A stretch of 64,000 nt of DNA. It comes from Moniliella sp. 'wahieum' (taxonomy: Eukaryota). How positions within the stretch are numbered: position 1 is the stretch's first letter; every line of letters begins with the position of its first letter. This document shows positions 24,952 to 36,000 of the stretch, piece by piece. Below the pieces are notes generated by a model. That model saw nothing but the letters and a program-made list of their open reading frames with translations, did not search any database and was not told the DNA's origin. Location of the stretch: NCBI GenBank assembly GCA_003971905.1, contig RSEE01000045.1, positions 372,001 to 436,000 on the forward strand, given 5' to 3'. Both the position numbers and the translations under genes were made by a program.

Positions 24952-26218
24952 CTAGCGACTGAGCCGGGGAGCAAACGGCGTCAGCGCCACGGGGGTCACC
25001 AGACTTCCCACTGCCATAGTGGACATTCGTCTCCGCTTGCTTGTGGCGCGCTGATCCTCGCCACCTTGTTCGTCCGGGGCGGGGCGGTAGTCCACGGGAA
25101 AGCAGGATGCAGCGCGCAAGTCCATCAACAACTGTGCCTCTTGCTCGGCTGCGGGGGGCAAGTCGGCGTAGTCTGCCTCTGCCTCTGCCTCGGCCCTGGC
25201 CTTGCACGCGCGCGGGAGCTTGCATCTCCCCCCTGGGCCAGCGGGGGACGGCGGACGCTGTGCGGACCAAGCGGGATCGGAGCAAGGCGACGTGCCAGGG
25301 ACCGCATGGCCCATCAAAACCGAGGAAAGGGTAAGCGGATAGTAGGTGGCGGGGGGAGGTAGGCGACAGCGCCCTGGGCAGGCTCAGGGACTGGGAAAGC
25401 GCGTGGTGGGCACAAAGGTGGCGGAAGCCCAGCTGGCTGCCTGGGGCGAGACGTGCTTGCACCCCCCCACCTCTGACGCTGGGACTGACGGTGCAAGACC
25501 GTCCGCGTCCGAGGGGACAAGGCGAGGTGTCGTGGCCTCACTGCGGGATGAGGTGCGCGAGCTGGAGAGGCGCGCTGGGGGGGGGTGTGCCACGTGGCCG
25601 CGGAGGAGGAGAGGCGGTACTGGTGGAGAGAGTGGGTGCGAGAAGTAGGGGCGGAATGGGCGTTGGGCTCAGGACTGGACGATGGACACTCTGCAGCCTT
25701 GAGTCGGGCGACAAGGTTCGCTTGGGTGCGAAGCAGATCCTGGATATAGTCGTGCAGTTCAAACACATATTCTACCCTCTGTTGTCAGAATGCATATATG
25801 GAGCACCGAGGAACCCAAGGACCCAAGCATCTGACTCGGACTCACCGACAGTGTGCGTCAGGACATCCAGCTTGTTGAGCCCCAGCTCCTCGTCGTAGTA
25901 CCCGGGCGCGGTCGCAGCGTTGGGGGGGGAGGGCGGACGGGTAAGAATGGCAGTCTGCAGCTTGGCATTGGCAGCGAAAAGACCGGAAGCCTTGGTCTTG
26001 GTGTAGCGGTTTGCCAACGGGCCCGTGATGGGCAGGGGGCAGCCAAAGCGACTGGCCATGAGATGAGCACAGGCGGGCACAGTGTTGCGCAACACAAGCA
26101 GACGGTCATTGATCTTTTCCCGTCGACGGCGCTCAATCTGGGAGTGGAGCTCCCGACGAGCCCCCTCGCGCTTGCCGTGGTGAGAAGCCTTGCGCTTCGG
26201 AACGGCCGGCGTAGTCAT
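24952..26218 (-). CDS. bHLH transcription factor; intron 25772-25845, frameshifts in the C-terminal half
   Basis: Basic region and helix 1 RRELHSQIERRRREKINDRLLVLRNTVPAC. Helix 2 GLNKLDVLTHTV|EYVFELHDYI after splicing (GTGAGT...CTGAC...TAG). Confidence 0.88.
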
Positions 26219-28068
26219 GGCAGAGAGCAGGATGTGCAGCGGTAAGCGGAGCAGGGAGGATGGGGACCGTCGTCGCCCACAAGCAGGAGCGGCTGCGATT
26301 CGAATCGGGGGTTCTTGTTGCCTGGTCTGGGGCACACAACTACAGCGTATCTATATGAACCCACACTATACTTAGCTACGGGCAGAGTGTCGCATAGCTG
26401 TTGGACCGAGACTGCCTCTCGGACGCAGGACCAGGGCAGCATAGATGCGGTACGATACGGGGGCGACCACCCAGTGCCTTGCGTCTGGTTGTTCTCGTCA
26501 CATTTCCAACCCGGCGCCCACGCGACCGTTGGGTGTGGGGGATGCTGCACCCTGCGGTGAAAGAACAGGCAGGAGAAAGGCCAACCAGTGTGCCAAGTAC
26601 GAAGGACCATGGACCATGGGCCACGGACCACGGACCATGGAACCGACAGGGGACCCCGCGCCTGTTGCCATGCCCACGCCCCCCGCCCCACGCTGCCTAT
26701 TCTCTCCGTTCTGCGCTCTACCCGCAGCAGCCCCCGCAAGTATCATACGCCCCGAACCCTCGCCCGCCACCCACACGCGCTGCGTTATAGCCCTTGCGTC
26801 GGCTCGCGCACCCCCACACTCGCCTCCCGCCGCCCCGCGCCAAGCCAACTGCTCGCCCAGCCCCTCGGCTCGGGGCCAGCCTTAGCCTGCATAGGCCTTA
26901 CTCCCATCGGCGCGCTCCGTGGTAATTCAATGTTTCAGCCCAAGACGATGGCTCGCGACTCCCTGGTCGATTGGTATCGATCATCGATCAGGCCTCCCAA
27001 GGATTGCCCTTCTAGGCCTTTAATTAGGGCTGGCATTGGTTACCACCAGCATCAGTATACACCCCATCAAGCTCTTCACGCTTCAAGTTGCTTTCCCACT
27101 AGTAGTCCGTGCACGTATACAGAGAGTCCCTAGAGTCACCGACCCCTCTGTCACACCTTATTGTGCTAACAAAAACCCCTCTTATTTTCCCTCTCGCGGT
27201 CTTTATTGTTGTTGTTTAGCCCATTACCCACCTTGCCTTCTTTCTTCGATTCTATATCTCGGAGAAGGGATCAGAGACCAAACCACGTCATCTTCTGGGC
27301 GCAACATTGACCTCATCATCGTCGTCATTGTGCTCGCTCATTAACTATTCCTCTACCTGCCGCCAGAGCCCCGCGTGAACCGGGAAACATCCTTTTTCTC
27401 TCGTCAGTCGACGCGAAAGCAAAAGCCATTAAGAAAGTGTCGGGGTACATGAAGTCCACATCATAAAAACGCCCTGCTCGGGATGAGCTACAACCTCGTC
27501 CTCGACCCACGGCGAGAGCGCGAGCACCGCAGCTGCTCGGCGTGCTAGCCTTAGTGAGAGGGTTGATAGGACAGGATCGACGCTGGGTCGGCTTGTTCTG
27601 TTGGCGGCAACGTCGTGCATTGTTCGTTGCCAGTGCGTATGCATCATCCGGATCAGAACGATCGCGACGTTTGCACCTCAGGAGCTGGTTACAACGTGAA
27701 ATTCTGTCACCGCCACGCCTCCGGCGACTGGCCAAGCGTACCGTGCAGAGGTGAGCTGGCACCGATCATTAGTGGGAGATAGACTGTATAGTAGGCCACC
27801 ACTTCACCGGAACCGGAACGAGGAGGTAAGAGCTAGTCTGCCAGATATTCTGCCAGATATTCTGCAAGAGCCAAGCTCCCAGTCCACAGCCATGGCATGC
27901 TGCGTCGGTTCTCGTTGCCGGGCAAGAACGCAGGACCAGGCGAGGCACCTCGTCCACGTTGCCGTGACGCTGGCTCGCTCTCAAACCGTTTGGCCAATGG
28001 TGGTGGCCCTGTGCGATTCCACGGTCAGCCATCTACCTCCTGCCTGCCCCTTCGTTCCCGTGTCCACG

Positions 28069-28538
28069 TCAGCGTGCCGCCGTATCACCTACCTCGTGCA
28101 CCTGCTCTTGAGACGGCGAAGTAGCGGACCAGCCGACGAGCAGGCCGTGCTCTGCGCTCGTCTTGGGAACACATGCACATGCACATGACCCCCCACTTGG
28201 TGCGCAATCGGCCTTGTTCTGCACTACAGTGTAGTCCCCAACCGCCTGCGCCTGCGCCAGGTTCTTGGTCACAGCCAGCACGTCCGATAGCTGCTCGTCC
28301 GGAACGTCGTCCAGCCGCTCATGATGGTACGTGGGCACGAGCAACAAGTAGCCCTTGGACGTGGGACCGCTGCTGATGCAGAGTGGGTAGTGCATCGACC
28401 ATGCACAGGGAGCTGGCCGGGGCAAACCAACCCCATCCTCCAGTAATGCTTAGCTCGTCTCTGTCTCGAACACGTTGTGCACCGCGATCGGGCCGCGGAA
28501 GATGGTGCAAAAGAGGCAGGTGGCCCCCGGTGGGGCAT
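28069..28538 (-). pseudogene. HNT1: Degenerate HIT-family (Hnt1/Hint) gene
   Basis: CLFCTIFRG..., GPTSKGYLLLVPTYHHERLDDVPDEQL, YTVVQN, histidine triad HVHVHV, PK..EHGLLVGW. In-frame TAA at 28450-28452 where Tyr is expected, and no clean intron donor. Confidence 0.7.
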
Positions 28539-29623
28539 CGGGGCACCGTTCGGTCGAGGTCAGTTTCTCGCCGCAAGCCTGCACACTGCCCCCGCCCAAA
28601 GCAGCAGGAACCAGCGCACTATGCACGTGGAAGGAATGTAGGCAGGCCGCGTTGGTGTTCATGCTCCCCGTGCGGCCCACGCACCAAGGCAAGCCGACGG
28701 GGCGCGGACGGCCAGAGCACGGCGGAAGGCGGAACGAGACAGCACGCACATATACTAAGAAGATGTCGCACGACACGGAGCACACGGTGGGCTGGATAGG
28801 GAAAGAGCGGCGCTCCCCTTGGCGCTGCAAGTTAGCCGTGGCGCGCAACCTGAGGGAGCAGCTGCCTCTCGAGTACCTTGTACACACAGTGCACGGGCAT
28901 GTGCGGTAGTCGGCTCATCTCATCGATTTCGCGAACTTGCATCGGATTCTCCGATTGGAACACGTCTCGGACGGATGGATTGGTGTGGTGGAGGACGGCC
29001 AGGCCGGTGGCAGAGGGTTTCAAGGCCGTGGTGAACGTGTTGGACTCAACTCAACGTCGGGACCCTGAAGCCCAGGCCAGGGGTTGGTTACGAGTGACTT
29101 TGATCTCCCGTTCCAAACAATAATAAAGGAGCGCAATAAAGAGAGTCACAATGGCAGCAGCCGGGCTTTCCGGTATATAAAGGTCGTTTCGGGTTGTCGC
29201 TGTTTCTTCCTCGCGAGGCATTGTGTGGCATATGCGCTCCATTGCAACGAGGTGCCTCTCAGTTGCATCATTTCCATTGTGCACCCCACGAATTGGGAAC
29301 CCCCTATGGCAGACAAGGCTGCAATGGATGGACGACAGCTTCTACGCCATGGTTTCGCACGGGGAATCTAGAGGCGAGGTCGACGAAAGAGAGGTTCAAG
29401 GGATGGGATTACCAAGATAGTGAAATGAGAGGTAAGGGAAGGCGAGGTACCTGCCACGGCCAGTAAGGAGTGGGGAGTTGAGCGTAGGGGAGAGGGGGGG
29501 GGAGGGAGAAGGCATGAGACGGCGATAAATAAGCCATAGAATCAGTACAGAACTGCACCAGGGAGAATGTGCAAGTCCATACGGGAGCAGGGATAGAGCC
29601 CTCGCCATGCCTTGGGTCAGTCC

Positions 29624-30849
29624 CTAAGATATGGGGAGGAAGAGGGGGGGGAGTATGCATAGGGGGAGGCCTCTGGCCTCAGCAGGCCCGACGTGAGAGT
29701 CTGAACCAGCAGATCTTGCGTGTCTGAGTGACCATCGAGGGGTCCCTGCAAGGACCATGGCGGGTCCGGCGGGTCCCAACCTTGACGAGCGAATGTCGAA
29801 GGAGCGAGGTACGAGAGGAGTGGTTGGCGCGCAGCCGTCCCGAAGCGTGTGGCTATTAGAACGAATTGTGATCAAGGTGCAACGGAGCGCAGGCCCAAAT
29901 GAGGTAGTTACCAGCGAGGCACTGTTGAGAAATCAGCATCATCAGTGTCAGTTCCAAGCACTTCCTCACTACCGAGATAGGACGACGTACACAAGGACGA
30001 CTTGCGGCCCAGCTGGCGCGTGATGGGCTGCCGAATGTTGACTGCCAACGGTTCCAGTTTGCCCAGCCGACTGCTGGTGGAATCGTCGTGGCCGTGGGGA
30101 GGACCCGGCATGGCAGGATGCACCTTTTCCTTGGACCGACGCGAGCCCCATCCGAGTGAAGCGAACGGACGCGCAGGTTCGCTCTTGGCCGGACACGCTG
30201 GACCATGTACAAAGGGAGATGCGGTAGCATGGTGCGCGTCGCCAAAGGCGAGCACCTTGGGTTGGTGGCCCGGTGCTGACGCCGGCGGAGCCGGAGCAGG
30301 CAGGGCCAAAGACGGAACGGGGTAGGCAGGAGGGTCGAGCTAGTGGGCGTAGGGGGCATGGGCGGGGCCAGGAGCGGAGGAGAAGGCGCGCGAACGGTGA
30401 GAAGGTGAGGAGGGAGGGTAAGGGCTCGTGCTCAAACGACGACGAGTGCGGCGGAGACAGTTGGCCAGCCTGGTTGACCTCGGAAAAGATGGCGCCCGCC
30501 GCGCGACCAGCAATGGGCGCCGCTGGCGGCGGGATGGGCGCGACGGGCTGGGCAACATAGTCGGCCGGCACCTGGCCGATGAGGTACTCCTCCAACAGCA
30601 GATAGGCGCTGTTGGAGTGCACATGCTGGATCGGGTCGTCGAGCACATCGCCGAGATCCTTGCCGGCAAACTGGAGAATCAGTCCTCCCCGCCAGGATGG
30701 TCGAGGACAAAGTCAGACAGGTCGTACACCTGTCGGTTGTAGATGACCCAGCAGTCGTTGAGGCGGGCGTGGCGGGCAACGTCGGCGGCAGGGATGATGC
30801 GGAGGCCGTTGGCGACGGGGGCATTGACATTGTCAAACCAGCGAGCCAT
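29624..30849 (-). CDS. Protein with an N-terminal cytochrome b5 heme-binding domain (Scs7-type) and a Pro/Ser-rich tail
   Basis: IPAADVARHARLNDCWVIYNRQVYDLSDFVLDHPGGED..LQFAGKDLGDVLDDPIQHVHSNSAYLLLEEYLIG, with both heme His ligands apparently present. The 3' end is approximate. Confidence 0.82.
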
Positions 30850-31370
30850 GGTGGGCGATCGGAGCAACACGCGGGACGGTGGGGAGGGGTCGCGAGGGCG
30901 GAGCGGAGGGCGTGAAGCGGGGGGCTGGACGCTTGGAGGCCAAGGCGGGGGGGTGGGGGCAGAGGGGCGGGGCGCAGTGTGCTGTGGGCTGCTGGTGGGT
31001 CTGTTGGCTGGCTGGCTGGCTGAGGCGCTCAACATGCACTCGAAATTCAATCCAGTCGTTCGGCGCTCACCGGTGAGGCTCACCGGGCCAGCTGCGGTGA
31101 GCTGCGACGCAACCACGCAAACAGCGCAGGCAGGCGCTGGCACCCGCGCGCTTGCCGCGCCACCAGGCCACTGCACGCCCTGCCGCCGCAGGGGGCAGCC
31201 CAGCCAGCGCCCAGCACCCGCACGCAGTACGCACCGCAGCGCTCCGTGCAGTGCCTGGCAGCCGGCGCAGCTGCCCCCGTGCTGCGCCGTACTGCCGCCG
31301 TGCTGCCAGCGCTTTAAATCTCAGACTATGTAGGCCTCCGTTTGTTACAAGCTACAAACACCGCACTGTG

Positions 31371-33057
31371 TCACGCGTCACGCGCCCCACGCACCAACCC
31401 AAGCCGTGGTGGGTGTCGTACGTAGTCTGTCGCCGCCTGTGGCAAATGAGGTGTGATGCATGATGCACGATGCATGGTTGCCCACTCCCACTGGCGCTGT
31501 GCCCAGCACTTTCAACTCCCGGCCACACTGCTGGCACACGCCCGACCCCCAGCGTCAATATGGATCAGCACCAGAGTCAATCTCAGATCTCAGCGCCTCA
31601 GCCGGCAACCTCAGAACACAGAACACCCCGAGGACTGAGGACTGCGTGTCGACTGCTGCGTACAGAGTCCCAGGTGGCCCCAGGCCCCATGCCAGCCGCC
31701 AGGTGTCAGGACCCCGGTATGTACAGTGCTCTTGGCCGGTTCTCAATATTCACTCTCTGCTGCGCTGCATGCATCATGCATCATGCATCATGCATCCGAG
31801 ACCGATGGTATAAGGCCTGCTAAGGCGCTCAGCGCGATCCACTGCTGTGAGCGCCTGAACATTCAGTAATTCTGGGACTCATTTACCTCTACGCCTCAGC
31901 GCCTGAGCTTAGGACAGACAGACCAAGCAACGATACTCGAGCAGTAAGCACTAGCATACCACCGCATCCATGATCCAAGTCCAGACTGGCCCAGACCACG
32001 CATTGATCGGGGAGCTTCCAAGCCTCAAGCTTCAAGCTTCAAGCTTCAAGCGTCAAGCCTCAAGGAGATAAACATTAAATATTAACTCGTCGATCATCGA
32101 TCACCGACCATCGATCGATGCCCCCCTGTGCGGGCAATGCGTTGCCAGATCGATGTTGGTCACCGGTCACTGGTCACCGGTAACCACTCACTTGCTCACT
32201 AGCACTAGTCAATATCAATGTCATACATATCACATGCCACATGTCACATGTCACATGCCACATGTCACCGACCACCGATCACCGATCATCTGCCACACCG
32301 AGCCAGCAGAGTCAAGCTAGTCACTAGTCACTAGTCACTAGGCACTCGTCTTCTGGTCATCTGCATGGGCCCGTGTGGGCCGGGCGGCGCTGGCGTTAGC
32401 TATGCCGCGAAGAATTCGACACGGGCGTGCGCTGGCAAAGCTTACTTCCAACATAGCGCCGCGTTGGATATTTTACTGCCCTCCACACAGCGCTCCCCTG
32501 CCCCAGCCGGGCTCCCCCCTCGGCTTTACCTGCTGTAAAATTTAATCCTGACCGGCTACCGGCTACGTTTCCTAGCCCCACCTGAGCCCCGCGAACCCAG
32601 CCTCGGCGCCAGTCTCTCGGCACTCAGCCTGAGCTCTCACTAGTCACTGGTCACTAGTCACCGGTCCCCCGACAAGCTGCTCCCGCGTGCAGCACCAGCT
32701 GGACCATGTAAGCGCTAAGCTGTACCCCGCTTGCTGCACCCTGTCCGCTGCACCATGCCTGGTGCCAACGCTGAGCTAGCGCTTGCCGCGGCTGGGATTT
32801 GTGTACAGTAAGAAGTTGTCACGCTGCGCTGCCACGTTGCTCCCACACACGCAAAAACAAACAATCAAGGTCACCGGTCACGTTGTGTCAGCCACCAGGG
32901 AGACATGTGTCGACATGTCAACACGTCACCCATGTCACATGCATCACACCCTAGCCTCATTGGTGATCGGTGATCGATGAGCGCTCAGCCGCAGCGCTCC
33001 GCACTTGCCAACATGACAATGTCCCCTTAGGCCTTAGGCCTTGGGCCTTACAGCTTA
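31371..33057. repeat. Dense cluster of 7-bp-periodic tandem arrays (TCA-N4 family)
   Basis: (CATGCAT)4 at 31768-31795; (CAAGCNT)6 at 32019-32060; TCGATCA units at 32090-32117; (GGTCACC) units at 32158-32185; YCACATG then YCACCGA at 32230-32290; (CTAGTCA) units at 32317-32344 and 32637-32664; (TTAGGCC) units at ~33027-33057. Confidence 0.85.
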
Positions 33058-36000
33058 CTGGTGGCCTTGCCAGTGTGTCACGTGTCCCACACGCCAGCGT
33101 TGCTCCCTTTCCCATTTGAAATGTCACATCTCAGAATCCGAGGCATGCCTTGCCAAGGAGAGCCACGCAGGCCAGCGCCAAGGTGGTCTATTGACACAAA
33201 AAAGCGCACAAAAGAAACGAATCCCTTCTTCCCCAAGGCGCTATATATACAACGACAAGTGTCTCCATCGTGCGTCTCGGTGGTCCACAGAGGTTAGGAA
33301 TTGGAGATACACAGCCTACTGTGTTATAATAGAAGCGGCTTAGTGACCCCAGCAAAAGAGTCCCTTCGGTACAATAAGACGATCAGTAAGTTCTTCGTTC
33401 CGCCTCTCACCACCTCTTGCACCGCCAGTTGTGCATCCACCAGTAAGGGTAGCACCGTTTAGCGCCTATTCCGTACACTTCCCCATGTGGTACCTTTTCA
33501 ATGCGCAGGTGCTGAGGATGCCGTGTGCGTGACGGTCACACACAGAGAGGACTATACTGTTGACACCTTTTTTTGCTAGTATTGCGCCCTTCGCCCGGCG
33601 GGTGACATCAGTGTTTTGGAGAAATTTTTCACTTTCTTTTTTTTTGGAACGTGACGCACAACGGTCATTGACCCGACCCTACCTTAGAAACCGCTCTATG
33701 AAAGGGAGCAGGATGATGGTGGATCTATTCCAGAAGAGGAGCCCGTCAGGGGCAGAACATAAGGGAGAGTCGGATAACAGAGTGTGGAAGGAATGTGATT
33801 TGTCAGATCTGCTTACGCGCTGACACGCTCTGCAGTCAGATGTACAAACCCATCAGCGATAGTTGTTAATTCACGTATATCAAGTCGAGCGAAATAAAGG
33901 AAAGGGGAAGAGGACGAGGGGGTAGTAGTAGAGAGAAGGGAGAGGGCATTATGGATTGAGAATGGGGCGGTGCACGTAAATTAACGGGTGAAGTGTATAA
34001 ATGCACTCGGGCGCGAGAGATGAGCTTGCCTCTGGCTAGTATATTCGGTCGTACAGCAGCCTATGGTGCATATGATGCATCAGAGGCCTCAGGTGTGGCA
34101 ACACCATATGGCTGATCAGTCTTGGCCCTTAATTCAAACCATCAGTCCGAAGAGAGGGCACAGAACTCTGGGGGGAAAGAGCTGGAAGACCGATTTCTGC
34201 GTCTGCACTCGTATACCCTCTGCATGTTCCCTGTCATCAAGGAACCGTCGCTTCTATGGGGGCAACGCGACCTACACTCGACAAATGCGCAGGTTTTCTA
34301 TATCTCTCATCCTTCTATGTCCATTCCAGAGTTGCCTAATAGCCAACCACGCACCCCCACTATACCTCACCCCCGACTCTGCATGTCCACACACCCTATC
34401 CTAACCAAAATCCCACCAACATACTACTTTGGTGTTACGGGCTGCGTTGGATCTGAGATAGTCCGAGCCAAACTAAGACTTACCTGCTCCGCACAAGCCC
34501 AATAGAGCGCGCTTCCGCAGTCCAATCAAGTATGATGATGGTTGGTTAAATTAGGTACGGTGGCCCGAGTAGCCATATGTCCGCGCGACAATCGTCGCCC
34601 CCCGCCCAAGTGCAAGTCGGATCGCCTAAATAGGGCCACCAAGTTTGTGGTATCTTTGCGACGACTGTCGTCTCCGTTCCCGCTTCCTTTTCCTTTCTCG
34701 GTAGCGCTTGCGACACCAACCCCTCTTTTGACGTGTCTTCCATTCTACACCCCTTCGTGTATCCGTTTTCCCTTTTGATCTAGCTTGTACCCTGCCAGTG
34801 GTTTTGTTGGGGATCCTTTCCCCCACCTTTCATTCTCGTCCTCTTTCGTCTTCACTCTCGTCCCTTATCGCCTATTCTATCCGATGCCTGCCCGTTTGCC
34901 AGCCAATTGATCCAGTACAGGCAGCCTCCTCTCCTCTTAGCTTCCATCTTCTCTTCCGACCTCGTCCTCCAGCTCTCCATCCGTCCAGTCGCGCGAGCCT
35001 TCCTTCAGCCGCGTCGGTTCCCCGTATCAGGGCATCGCTTAGGTTCCTGTCCAGCCACGTCTCGACAGCCGTCCCTGTCCAGTCTCAGCTCTGGCAGTGT
35101 TTGTCCGCCACTGCCTCCTCCGGTCCCTAAGCCCGGGAGGTTTCAGACAGGTTACTACGGCCCAAGCCCCGGCGCATACGCTGCCTTGCCTCACGTGCAG
35201 CCGCGTCAGCTTCGCACCCAAAGACCTCTCCTCATCACTAGCCCCGCTCGGATCCACCCACTATCCCAAGCCCCAAACTACCGTGAGTCGACCTGCTGTC
35301 TCCTAAGGGACTGTACCCCATAAACCTGGGCGTGCCCCCTGGCTGAGCCTGCCCGTGGCATAATATCCTCCACAGTCTGCTTCACGCAGTTGAGCCGATA
35401 TATACTCCACAGTCAGACTACTATGCATTTGACGCTCCCCCATTTTGTGTGGGCCTTGCCTACTATTACTACAAACATATTGCTCTTTCCTCTGGGTATA
35501 AACTAAACACTACACCTAATACTCTACAGTAATACATCAATTAAGGACGAATGGATGGGACGGGCAGGTAGCTGTACAGCGTGAAGCCCACATATGTATC
35601 GATGAGCGATGTGAGGCATGACTCTCTTCCTTTGAGCCTTATTGTCGCAACAGAGTAATAGGTACAAGCTGAAAAGATTCTTGGCGTCAGCGAATGAAGG
35701 CAGGAATTATGCAAAAAGGAACATTCCCTAACTAACACACACACCTGTGTTTGGGTACCTTGACGCTTGTCCAGTTCTGCCTGAGGCATGAGGCGGTCAC
35801 GGAGCGACGGAGGCCGGAGGAGGGGGCCCGAGCTCATCCTATGCTCCCATCTGTTGTCTCCCTTTCACCTAGATTGTGTCTACCGCAAGACTCGATTGGC
35901 TTTTGTCTGAAAGTCGAACACACCCACATGCATACAGTCCCTGTGGTACCGGCAAAATGATCCGTACGTTCGCTTTTGGGATCCCTGATTTGATCCGGCC

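Noticed and set aside
28450..28452. A-to-I editing rescue of the HNT1 premature stop
   Set aside because: Editing would give Trp rather than the expected Tyr, and other lesions accompany the stop.
31371..33057. CRISPR-like array or transposon termini
   Set aside because: This is eukaryotic DNA. The units are 7 bp with no unique spacers, and no cas gene, transposase, TIRs or LTR pair is evident.
33041..33343. ORF ending YCVIIEAA as a possible CAAX pheromone precursor
   Set aside because: The Cys motif is not terminal, the ORF has no ATG start, and no pheromone receptor gene is nearby.
34478..34486. ACTTACCTG resembling the U1 snRNA 5' end
   Set aside because: No U1 stem-loops or Sm site follow. 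It is better read as a minus-strand splice donor.
34648..34654. TGGTATC resembling a retrotransposon primer-binding site
   Set aside because: The match is short, with no adjacent LTR and no gag/pol motifs.
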